DNA from: Octopus bimaculoides
Lineage: Eukaryota
Assembly (NCBI RefSeq): GCF_001194135.2
Contig: NC_068995.1
Span: 26,824,339 to 26,863,504, forward strand
Reading direction: 5' to 3'
DNA: 39,166 nucleotides
Position 1 is the first letter of the stretch; every line of letters starts with the position of its first letter. Position numbers and translations under genes: made by a program. Positions 22,378 to 33,100 of the stretch are shown one piece after another. The notes beneath the pieces are model-generated. The model was not told the origin of the DNA. It did not search any database and saw only the letters and a program-made list of their open reading frames with translations.

Positions 22378-22670
22378 AATTTAATTGCCAACATAATATG
22401 GCTGTTCTGGAAGGGACATTGTTACTGTTTATTGGCCCCAAGAAGCACCGTTTCTAGCTGGCTATACAACACATTATCTGTGTCCTTATATTTTCAAACT
22501 GGGAATTCAGCATCCCTGCCCAGCACAAACAACATCTGTGGACTAGTTTCAGGGTTATTGCTCTTCATAAACATGGAGTAGCTGCTTGGCGAGGTGGTGT
22601 TGCTGAATTCACTGTTTGGATATATAGATTTCGAAGTGACATACAGCCACTGATCTATAAATAGAAGTAT
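22378..22670 (-). mobile_element. Hammerhead-bearing repeat (retrozyme-like / PLE pseudo-LTR-like), copy M1
   Basis: Reverse complement of ~22840-23070 plus 22750-22785; decayed hammerhead at 22536-22575 with G5 mutated. Confidence 0.7.
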
Positions 22671-23113
22671 ATAAGGACACAGATAATGTATTGTACAGCC
22701 AGTTAGAAATGATGTTTCTTGGGGCTAATAAGTAGTAACAACATCCCTTCCAGGACAGCCATATTATGTTGCCAATTAAATTTTACTTTGAAGAAATGTT
22801 ACTATATGTTTCTCTCTGAGAGATTTAGAAATAATACTATTTCTATTTATAGATCAGTGGCTGTGTGTCACTTTGAAATCTATATATCTGAACTGTGAAT
22901 TCAGCAACGCCACCTAGCTAAGCAACTACTCTGGGTTGATGAAGAGCAATAACCCTGAAACTAGTCCACAGATGTTGTTTTGTGCTGGGTGGAGATGCTG
23001 AATTCCAAGTTTGAAAATATAAGGACACAGATAATGTGTCGTATAGCCAGCTAGAAACGATGGTTCCTACTGTAAGTTTCTCTCTAAGAGATTTAGAAAT
23101 AATATTATTTCTA
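22671..23113 (+). mobile_element. Hammerhead-bearing repeat, copy P (~1.3 units, period 348 nt)
   Basis: ataaggacacagataatgt occurs at 22671 and 23019; hammerhead motif at 22931-22971. Confidence 0.75.
22931..22971 (+). ncRNA. Minimal type I hammerhead-like motif, sense to the host pre-mRNA
   Basis: CUGGG UUGAUGA AGAG-CAAUAA-CCCU GAAA CUAG UC CACAG: C3 is U, stems I and II each have one mismatch, and stem III is the palindrome ACUAGU. Confidence 0.55.
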
Positions 23114-23332
23114 AAATATAAGTATTACGGATAAAATTGCTCAGTGAGATAGGTGGCTGTTGAAAGGTTTTCGAGTTTAATAAACTCATTTAATAAAAAT
23201 ACAATTTTATAAAAACTGAAAGTTCTAGCTATAACATGCAAAACAAAAGTGAATATGAAGCACAAAAGTAAAATAATATAAAATAGAAAAAAAAAATGAA
23301 TAAAACTTGCAAGACCTTCAGAAATACACAAA

Positions 23333-23807
23333 TCATCATCATCAGCATCATTTAATGTCCATTATTCATTTTGGCATGAGTTGGACGGTTTGAGCAGAGC
23401 AAGCTGAGGGGCTGCACCAGACTCCAATCTGATTTGGCATGATTTTCAGAGCTGGATACCCTTCCTAGCACCAACCGCTCCAAGAGTGTATTGAGTGCTT
23501 TTACGTGCCACTGGCATGGGTGTCAGTCAGTTGCATGACACCGATATCTGTCACAACTACAATTACATTTGGCTTGATGGATCTTCTACTCAAGCACAGC
23601 ATTTTGCCAAAGGTCTCGCTCATTTGTCATTATCCCTGTGAGGCCCAACTCTCGAAAGGTGCTTTTATGTGCCACCAGCATCGGTCACATTATCTCCGTG
23701 AGGTCCAATGTTTGAAAGTTGCTTTGTACATGCTACCAAGATGGGTGCCAGTTACATGCCAATGGCATCAGCCACGACTGTGATTTCACTTGACTTGATG
23801 GGTCTTA
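23333..23807 (-). mobile_element. RTE 3' end/UTR with internal duplications and (ATG)n tail
   Basis: (CAT)n at 23333, the shared tail motifs and repeated ggcctcacag / cttttacgtgcca modules. Confidence 0.8.
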
Positions 23808-24329
23808 CTTGATATTAAGTGATATTAAAATAGTCTTTCTGGACATGAGCTTAAAATATGTTTATAAGGCAGAAAAAACCATGGACACAATGTTGTTGTA
23901 TTGAGCAGCAAAAAAAAAGAATTGATTAAAACAATCAAAGAGGAAGATTGTTTGTAAAAATATCTTTTTAAAGAAGTGGGGAAGTGCACAATAAAAATGG
24001 AGATTTAAGTCCAAGTAGGCTATCCATATGAAATTGTTTGATAACTCACAACTCTAGTAGCATGTCTGCAAAATCCTAGGTGCTCCATCTTGTGATTTAA
24101 TACATTCTTATTCAGGAACGAATAAAAAACTACTTGCTCAGACATTGAGTTTCTGTATCATCTGTGCTTGTATGGGGTAGCTTTCATGTCCTTCTTTATG
24201 GGTTTTGTTATTTACTAAGATATATGTTTTGTTGCATAGAATTGGTAATATTACTGTAATTCATTGTGTTTTTGTTTTTATTCGCTTAAAGATCAGTTGG
24301 GCTTCTGCTGCTGCTACGGTACTTCGGAT

Positions 24330-24443
24330 TCTAGCATGAATTTCAGCCCCTCAAAATTAGCACCCATGTAATAGTCGACCCTATAAATTTGACCTTAAAA
24401 AAATGGTCTAAAAAATTCAACTTTTACACAAGTATATATAGTA
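24330..24443. mobile_element. Possible right end of a pogo/Tc1-like MITE
   Basis: caacttttacacaagtatatatagta resembles the tcgacttatacacgagtatatacggta TIR. No partner TIR was found. Confidence 0.3.
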
Positions 24444-24459
24444 TGTATATGGCAGACAT

Positions 24460-25035
24460 TTGTCCTCAGCTGTCTGGACTACTGCACTCAGCTGTGGTCA
24501 CCTAACAGTGTCAAATTAATAGTGGAACTTGAGGCAGTTCAGTAGTACTACACTGGGAAGGTTGCATCAATGAAACAGTTGAGCTACTGGGAGAAACTGA
24601 AAAAGTTATGACTCTACTCCCTAGTGCAAATACAGGAGAGTTATGCAGTGATGTACATATGGAAGATCCTGGAGGGGTTGGTTCCAAACTTTGGCATCAA
24701 GTGCTATACTAACCCCCAAACTGGACATCACTGCACGATTCCAAAGGTCCCAGCCATCCCATCTAGTGTGAAGATCATGTACTGCAACAGCTTGGGATTC
24801 AAGTGCCCACAGTTATTTAATACTTCAAAATAGATTAATAATTGATAATTAAAACAATATGTGTTTAAAAAATTTTATGTTCATCATCGTCATCATTCAT
24901 TATCACCATCCCCACAATTTTTATAGTATTTTCCAAGCTAGCCTGGTAGAAGATACAGGTAAACATGATCTGAGACAGTTCTCATTTGGAATGGAGGTAG
25001 AAGCTTTCAAGAAACAGTTTGACCTCCTGCTGCAT
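24460..25035 (+). mobile_element. CR1-group LINE fragment (same group as 1214-1830), interrupted near 24830
   Basis: LDYCTQLWSP, MYIWKILEGLVPNFGIK...SLGFKCPQLFN, resuming as MEVEAFKKQFDLLL at 24991. Confidence 0.8.
24830..24990 (+). repeat. 161-bp segment, copy 1 (identical to 27448-27608)
   Basis: Base-for-base identical by reading, offset 2618. ORFs 24859 and 27477 share the same first 44 aa. Confidence 0.92.
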
Positions 25036-25109
25036 TTGTATCACATTTCCAGAATTTTCTATATGTAGATTATTACATATCTGTTGTATCTTTACTCTAG
25101 GAAGTGAAA

Positions 25110-25300
25110 TCATAACTTTTTATGCCTCTCCCTGTAGTTCATTTACTACACTGTTAGAATTTTTGTAGTGTAGTAACATTGGATTGCTTCAAGCTCCACT
25201 GTTATTTTGGCACTCTGTTGACCACAGCTGAGAACAAATTTCCTCTATAGGGTCAATATGACTTGTTGGTCTCTTTTTCTGAAGACTTTAATATCCATCC
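25110..25300 (-). mobile_element. CR1-group LINE fragment
   Basis: ctccctgtagttcat...ttcaagctccact...gaccacagctg is the reverse complement of the region seen at 24490-24600. Confidence 0.6.
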
Positions 25301-25460
25301 TGCCAATTGTCTGCATTTTGTTGCCATTTTGGTAGTGCATATAAGAAATGATGCATCATTACACACACACACACACACTTACACATACAGCTTGTTCAGG
25401 CTAAATTTTACAGTTTGCATATAAGGAAAAAAGATCATAATATAGAAAAATAAAAGTATT

Positions 25461-25915
25461 TTAAAGTAAAGTCTGTTTGCTAACATAATGTGGCTGTCCT
25501 AGAAGGGATGAGTGTTAATGTTGTTTAGCCCCAGGAAGCATCGTTTCCAGCTGGTTATACGACACAATATCTGTGTCATATTTTTGAACAGGGCATTCAG
25601 CACCCACTTCCAGTACAATCAAACATTTGTGGACCGGTTTATGGCTTATTGCCCCTTATCAACACAGAGTAGATGCTTGGCTAGGTGGTGTTCCCGTTCA
25701 AAAATATGTAGTTTTCAATGTGACACACAGCCACTGATCTAATAAATAGAAGCATTATTATTTCTAAATCTATCAAAGAGATATATTCAGTAACAGTTCT
25801 TTAAAGTAAAGACTAATTGCCAGCATAATGTGGCTGTCTTGGAAGTTACTGTTGTTTAGCTCCAGGAAACATTTTTTCCAGCTGGCTATATAATACAATA
25901 TCTGTGTCCTTATAT
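25461..25915 (-). mobile_element. Hammerhead-bearing repeat, copy M2 (~1.3 units, period ~330-340 nt)
   Basis: ttaaagtaaag occurs at 25461 and 25801. The hammerhead-like motif at 25627-25667 reads CUGUG UUGAUAA GGGGC-AAUAA-GCCAU AAA CCGG UC CACAA, with G12 lost. Confidence 0.75.
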
Positions 25916-25959
25916 ATTAGAAACTCAAAAAATTTCAGCCAGATTATGGTTGCATGATA

Positions 25960-26680
25960 ACTGTTTACTCAAAGTAGCCTCCCTCAACTGCAACCACAGC
26001 TTGAAGACAGCTCCAGAACCTTGTGCATGCATTTCTCACTGTGTTTCTAGGCAGATCTTCAATCTTGGCCAGCGGCTTGACCTTGTCAAAGTGGTTGGTG
26101 TCTTTCTTAACCATGCCCTACGCATAGTAATCTATTGGATTACTATTTAGGGAATTAGGCTACAAATTGATGCTGGTGAAGTCATTGAAATTCTCTTACA
26201 CTTATTTCTGACTCTTTTGAAAGGTATGGCAAGGAGTTGAATCCTGCTGCTGCGCATATAGTCTTCCAACTGCACCCCTCTCCAGCCAAGGATTGACCAC
26301 AGTCTCCAGTAGCTTTACATAACTGTCTAAGCCTAAGGCCCTGTACAAAGATATAGGGAAAGAATTCTGGAGGCTAGACACAGTCAGAATGTCTGCTGAG
26401 TTCCTTCCTGTTGGTCACGGTTTCGTAGTCTCTGTTGCACCTTTCCATGTCACATCTTACAGCCTTTACAGTGTTTACAGAGCCCTGAGCAGCTGTCATG
26501 ATGTCAGCATTTTGATACCTGGCACAAATCAATATGATATTCAGATGACTTCCAGTCCTCCACATCAGCTAACTTTTTTCCAGCTACAACTTCAGTCCTT
26601 AGGCTCTCCAATGCCATTGACTGTTCACCAATATATCAAGCTGTTCTTGGAAAAAAGAGACATAAAAAATTGTAAAATTT
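25960..26680 (-). pseudogene. Tc1/mariner transposase relic, DD37D (maT)-like
   Basis: The minus strand gives QQDSTPCHTFQKSQK...NPIDYYA*GMVKKDTN...RNTVRNACTRFWSCLQAVVAVEGGYFE*. There are 36 codons between the last two catalytic-type D residues, with one codon apparently deleted, and multiple stops. Confidence 0.8.
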
Positions 26681-26847
26681 AGCCCAAACACACTGTATAT
26701 ATTAATGAATTTTACTTGTTATCTTCTAGATATCATGACAATTTATCTGCTATTTTCATTTACCGTACTTTTTTACCAATTTAGTTGTAATATGAAATTG
26801 AAACAATTCAATGCAATGTCTTAGTTAATTTTGTTTTTAATTTATAG

Positions 26848-26923
26848 CCTGAAAATTTCTTTGAGTCTGCAATAAATTCTACTAATGAAATTCCATTTAC
26901 AAACATAAACTGCATTTATCAAG
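26848..26923 (+). CDS. MTMR10: MTMR10/11/12-like exon D (PENFFESAINSTNEIPFTNINCIYQ)
   Basis: Acceptor ttgtttttaatttatAG at 26847 and donor AAG|GTATGT at 26924; 76 nt, phase 0/1. NEIPFTNINCIYQ parallels HDVPLTCIEQIV (MTMR10) and NDITLHCVDQIYG (MTMR12). Confidence 0.82.
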
Positions 26924-27447
26924 GTATGTACTCACCAATATATATCCATTCAGATATATCCAACAAAATATATATCCTTTCAAGTATGTTTGATTTATTT
27001 TTCTTAGTATCTTGAAAGTTGTGTTTTCTCTAACTGAAGGATTTTTAAAATTTGACTTTTATCATTAATTTCACTGAGTAATATAAAAGAATATTTTCTG
27101 ACCAGTCTTTATTTATTTATTTAACCTATTAAATCAGACAGCTTATAATATAAACAACATAAAATAATCTTCAGTATCTTTTTTGTCAAACTTATTAATT
27201 TGACTGATTTGTTAATAATGTAATTCAAGGCCATATATTGATCCTTTCATGAGATATTATATATGCTTCTTACATGACACTAATTCTTTATAGTTTCTTC
27301 TACATTATTAAAAAGTTGAAATACAATCTGCATAAATAATTGCCTATAGACTATTTAACTAGGATGCTGAAGATTTAAAATATTAACAAGATATTAAGCC
27401 AAGGAACACATTTTATTCATGTCAAACATTTTGATCTGATAAAGATT

Positions 27448-27608
27448 ATAGATTAATAATTGATAATTAAAACAATATGTGTTTAAAAAATTTTATGTTC
27501 ATCATCGTCATCATTCATTATCACCATCCCCACAATTTTTATAGTATTTTCCAAGCTAGCCTGGTAGAAGATACAGGTAAACATGATCTGAGACAGTTCT
27601 CATTTGGA
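27448..27608 (+). repeat. 161-bp segment, copy 2
   Basis: Identical to 24830-24990. Confidence 0.92.
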
Positions 27609-27619
27609 TTTAATACTCT

Positions 27620-30250
27620 CTTGGATGAGTCAGTGGATATGTATGTATGGTCCAAAAATAAAGAATATACAAAGACAAGGTGAAAGAACAACAAGCAGTT
27701 TGTTAGGTTGATAGAGATGGGAGTCCAGCTGGCTTCTGTGCAAGGTCAGTCCAAACACAAACAGATGTTGCAGAGAATGACCAGTTGAGTGGAAATGGTG
27801 GTGACTAGAGTGTCATTTCCTAATCTAATGTCCTAAAGATGTTCAGCAAAATAATCAGCTTGGTGCTGGTCAGTTTGTCCAATGTTTGGGAAGAGGCAGA
27901 GAGTAGATCAGATTGTTGGAGGTGCAAGTGAATGAGATGGTGAGGTGGTAGGGGTAATGGTGAGTGGTTTTAGAGAGAAAGGGACAGGTGCAGCAGTGTG
28001 GATGAGGGCAAGGGAAGGAGCCAGGTTGAGTGCCAGGAATGGGGAAGAAGCTACGAACTAGTAGGTCATGTTGGTTGCTGGCATGTTTAATGGCGGTGAG
28101 GGTGGAGGGGGTCAGATAGGAGTTGGTCCAAAGCATATAAAATGGTGTGTTGGAGGGATAGTAGGTAAGGAGGAAAGGGAGGTGGGTAGGGGTGGGTGTG
28201 GAGAGGGTGGAGGTGTCAACAGATTGGGCATGGGCAAGGGTGATTTGGATAATGATGGTGAGGTTGTATCCCCGTTGGGTTAAGTGGCAAGCTATAAGTT
28301 AGGACTCTGTCACAAAGTCCTGGTCATCATTACAGAGCTGATAGCATTGGAGGAACTAAAGCTGGCCAGTTTGGTGTGGGTAGGGTGAGAGTAGGAGAAG
28401 TTGAGTTAGGAGTGAAAGTCTGGGCATATAGTAGACGGAGATGGTAAGAGAGGAGTGGTTGATGGCAACAGAAATATCTAGAAAATTAATAAAGGTGTTT
28501 GAGACAGAGCAGGAGAATTCAAGGACAGGATGAAAGAGAGGAAGGAGTTAAGTTGTACATATGAGTGTGAGATCAGGCTGATAGATGTCTGTCTGTATCA
28601 CTCAGGAGTGGGACCAGTAAACTGGGAGAACATTTGGGCCTCAAAATAGCTGAGAAACAGGTTTGTATAGTTGGAGCCCATTCCCCTGGCCACAACTAAG
28701 ACCTAATGGTAAAATTCTCCTATAAATGAGAAACAATTTAAGGAGAGAACCAATTCAGTAAATGGGGGAGAAAAGAGGTGCTAAGTTGATGGTCAGGACG
28801 TAAATTAAGGAAATGTTATAGTGTGAGGAGGCCTTCATTGAGAGGGATAACAGTATTGAGAAACTTGATGTCGAAGGGGAACGAGTTTGAGGGTCCAGTG
28901 GGGAAAAGAGAAGGAATTAACTAGACGAAGAGTGTGGTTGGTGTTATGAATATGCAAGGGGAGGGAAGCCATCAGGGGTGCAAGGACACAGTCATGGAAT
29001 TTGGAGATTAATTCAGTAGGGCAGTTGCAGGCAGAGACAAAGGGGTGGCCAGGGTTGTTGGGTGTATACATCTTAGGGAGGAAGTAATTGGTAGGAGTAT
29101 GTGGGTTTCAGATAATGTGATTGGAGGCAGTGTGGGATAGGAGGGAGGAGGAAATAAGTTCTTGGACGGTAGAAAGAAATGACTTGTTGGTAGTAAGATA
29201 TGGGTTGGTAGGAAGAGGACAATAGAAGGAGCTGTCTTGGAGTTGCTGGAGCATGTCAGCCTTATAGACATCTGCACATCACACAACCACTACTCCACCT
29301 GTGTGAAGCTGGTTTTATGATGATGTTCTCAAGGAATTTTAGACACCAGAGGGCTGAGAGTTTGGTGTAGGCAATGATGAGTTACTGGAGGTGCCTCTGG
29401 AAGTTAAACCAGTCAGATGCTTGCAAATCAATCAACTGTGGAATTGGCTGGGTGCCAGCATCCTGTCAGATGGTCATTGCTCAAGTCACTGAAACAGTCT
29501 TGTTCATTGGGTTATGTGGAGCATTGTGGAAGGGAACATGCAGCTTGATAAGATTTATGAAATGTTGGATATCAGCTTGGGTCATGAGACACATTACAAG
29601 ATTAAGTGGTATGAAATGGAGACCTTTACTAAGGAGAGAATGTTTAGCTTCAGAGAGAGGAAGACTGGGAGGAATAGTAACAACAAAGCGAAAGGGAGTG
29701 AGGGTGGAGGAAAGGGTAAGACAGAATGGAGGAGTGATTCGAGTTTGTAGCGTTTAGTGCAAGCAAGAAAGTCATGAAGAAGGTGGTTGAGGTGGAAAAT
29801 AAAATAGCAGAGGGGGAACTACAGGGAAAAAAGATAGGATAAGGCAAGTGGGAGTGGGAGAAGGCAGTCAAGGGTGTGTACTTTGAAGAGATTAGAGTAG
29901 ATGGTGTTGCACATAGAGTGGCACAAAGTGGTGTGGAGGATGGATTCAATGGAGAAGGTAGAGTTAAAGGTAGGGTACAAGTGGAGATAGAAGCCTTGTG
30001 GATAAGGTTTAGGTGGAGTTAGCGACTGAGGAAAGAAATGTGGCTACAGAAATGGGTTGGGAAAAGTTGAGAGATAGTTGGAAGAAGCAGACAGGAAATG
30101 TGGTGAGGTAATGTTTGAGATAGTGGTGGAGGAGGAGGATAGATTTAAGATCATGTTGGTAGAATGAGAAACAAGGTAAAGGAGGTTTTATGTGTATAAC
30201 AGGTCGGACACCAGTTTTTTTATGTTGGTTGTTTGTTATCACAAGGGGTC
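27620..30250 (-). mobile_element. Penelope-like element, near full length but decayed (RT + GIY-YIG endonuclease)
   Basis: RT: PNNPGHPFVSACNCPTELISK and VARGMGSNYTNLFLSYFE. EN: FTCTSNNLIYS...IGQT...FAEHL. The N-terminal region is Pro/Ser/Thr-rich. Confidence 0.88.
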
Positions 30251-30569
30251 GTTGAAATGTGAGATATACTATATCTTTATTTATAATGTTTTCATTCGTA
30301 AGTTATAACGAATATTATTGTTTATTGATTAAAAGCTATAATGATAATTTTGTTACTTATAACTTAATTATAAGTATTTATCACTAAGCATAACTCTTAG
30401 TTTAGTTTAGGCTGCGTAAATGTTATGATGTATACATGACAAGACGTGCATGTATGTTGAAGATATAGATTATATTTTTTTGACCATTACACATAAAAAA
30501 ATACAGTTTCATTAATATACAGAAATAAATTCAACAAGTTGAAAGAAACGAGAAGTAAAAGGAATTAAG

Positions 30570-31100
30570 TTTCTACATTAATTTATTATATACATATTTT
30601 TACATTTATAGNNNNNNNNNNNNNNNNNNNNNNNNNNNNNNNNNNNNNNNNNNNNNNNNNNNNNNNNNNNNNNNNNNNNNNNNNNNNNNNNNNNNNNNNN
30701 NNNNNNNNNNNNNNNNNNNTAGAAACAAAGCATTTCATCATAGAGAATTTACGACTTAAATTTATTATTAACTAGTTTCTCATTCTAACTAATAAGGTTT
30801 CACGACAATTCAATATTGTCGGATTTGAGTATTGAACATGGCATATATATTAGCCTATACTCAAAAGGGTGAGTGTCGTGGACTTGAGTAACATCCAACG
30901 ATCACTGGAGATTTTGCTGAAAATCAGGGTTTTTATAACTACTCATACACGAATCATAGAACCGTAACCCCGTGAAAGATTTTTTCAACAAAGTTCATAA
31001 TTCGTATATGGGCAGTAATTTTTAACCAATGAGAAATCAATAATTTCTCATGTTCAGGCAAACGAACTTACGTTCTCTCTCCGCCTCTTATGAGTTTGCT
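30570..31100 (-). repeat. Unclassified interspersed repeat X, copy 1 (spans an N gap)
   Basis: Reverse complement of 34995-35503. Confidence 0.8.
30612..30719. other. Assembly gap (108 N)
   Basis: N run. Confidence 1.
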
Positions 31101-31829
31101 ACAGAGGAAAGGCAAGTTAGTAAAGTAAGTTTGAGAAATTGTGATAGATTGGGCTGATATTAGTCAACAACTATACGCAAAAAGATCCAGGAAGGTGGTA
31201 ATCCAAGTTGTATAGAGTTCCAGTATTAATCTGGATGGAGTTTGGTGGTAAGGTAGTGTTGTGATTTTATGTAATTATGTAAATTGTAGAAAGGCTTTCT
31301 GATGTATTTTATAGTTCTCATACAGCCATTTGATTACCTAAAATAGCCATAGAATTTGAACCCATTTCATCTGACTTTGTGCATTTAAATTATAATAAAG
31401 CATTATTAGAATATTAAATGGAAAGTAAAAATGAGTGAATTCAATATTAATCAGGTGAATATATTGGTTCCTTTGTTAAATATGTAGACTCTTCTTTTGT
31501 TTGAGTATGTGGACTTGTGCTGGATATTAATAGTGTATATTTGTATCTTACTGAATAAATATAAATTAAGGTGTATATTGTTTTCAAGTACTGGTCAAAT
31601 TGTAAGCAAATAAAAACCTAAGTTCATTGCTTTTTTTTCGAACTGTCGGTATACTTCAGGTAGTCCTTGAGAAGTGACAATAACCCAAGAAGTAGGTCGC
31701 AAATTTAAAACAACAAACTGGGTCAAAAAAAAATGGACATAGTCCTTAATATTTTGAACTTACGTTATACACGTGCTAGTCATATGTCTATGTGTATATG
31801 TGTGCATGTATATACACATGCATTATTCA

Positions 31830-32997
31830 TCATATATATTTGGTATGCAAATCCTCTTCCGGTTGGTGATCACTGATTCTACCTACCCTTGCACTGGCAG
31901 AATCAGTCCAGATCATGACAATTTGCAGTCCCCATCTCAGTGCTAGGTTCATGCCCTTGAACATAGCATCCAGTTCAACTATGTTGATTTGGTTGTAGTC
32001 ATCCTTCTTCCTAAACCATGCTGCGTCTTCCACGTCAACACCTAATTTCCTGAATGACTACCAATGCTATGCTGCTCACGTTGCACCACATGATCCCTTT
32101 TTTTGTATCAAGCATGTACCAGCTGCCCTTCATTGGCTCTTCTCTCTCACTTTATCACCCCAGTTCACTCTTTCTGCTCACATTTTGATATAGCTGCATG
32201 CCATTTGGAGCTATCCTGTGACAGAGTAGTGACCCACCAGCTTCCCACACATTGAGAACAGCCCTCACCTATTCCTATCCTTATTTAGGCTTGGGATCTC
32301 GTTTCCTCTGCAAAAACCAGCCTACTCGCTTTATCTCTTTTCAAGCCTGAGCCCCAGCACCATACCTCCTTCTATAGCCTCTGGTGTTTTGTCATCAGTC
32401 TGAACCTCCTAAGGTGGTCCATAGTTTTCTCTGCTGAAGCCACATTCTCATCTACCAGGATATCATCAATAAATGAGCTGGTAGCTTGTTCCACATTGAC
32501 CTCTTTTCCCCAAACCTCCTTGAGGACCTTTGCCATGATCTCAGCTCTGAACTCAGGCCAAAACCCAGTCAAGTTAGGCAGTATGTTCTGCCCCTGTACC
32601 TCATCAGTTGGTACTTCCACAACTCTGATATGTGGAGCTGCAGATAGGCTAACTTGACACCGATGATCGTAGTCACCTCCCTCATTCACCTCCACTCACA
32701 AAGGGTTTCTCCACCCATTTCCACTGCCTCACCACCCATATGACAGGACATGTGTTCATTCAACTCCTTGAAGTCCAGGATCAGTCGAACTTTATTCTTT
32801 GTCAGCTGAACCACAGCCATCACCAGCAATACACTGTTCATTGCCTCCTCACCCCATAGCATCAGAATGTCTTCTATCCATCTGTTCACTCCTCTCTTGA
32901 AACTGAAACTGGCTTCTCCTTTCAGGGTGTGCTCAAAGCAGCTCACCCTGTTTCTCAGCATGGGAGGTTCTCCTTTCAAGTAGTACTCGACCAGCAT
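31830..32997 (-). pseudogene. Decayed LTR-retroelement pol (RT + RNase H)
   Basis: MAVVQLTKNKVRLILDFKELN, KLAYLQLHI...LGFGLSS and ATSSFIDDILV; RNase H region EDAAWFRKKDDYNQINIVELDA...WTDS. Confidence 0.75.
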
Positions 32998-33032
32998 TGG
33001 TTATCACATGATGGTGAGCGGGGTACAAACAG

Positions 33033-33033
<1 letters not shown>

Positions 33034-33079
<46 letters not shown>

Positions 33080-33100
33080 ACCATCATCATCATTATCATC
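33034..33100. repeat. (CA)n grading into (CAC/CAT)n
   Basis: Direct reading; the CAT part is the tail of the adjacent RTE. Confidence 0.95.

Noticed and set aside
24816-27617. LTR element with 161-bp LTRs and a 9-bp TSD (tttaatact at 24816-24824 and 27609-27617)
   Set aside because: The interior holds a host exon and unrelated relics, there are no TG..CA ends or PBS, the left 9-mer is offset by 5 nt, and the CR1 relic does not resume after 27617. The AT-rich 9-mer is probably chance.
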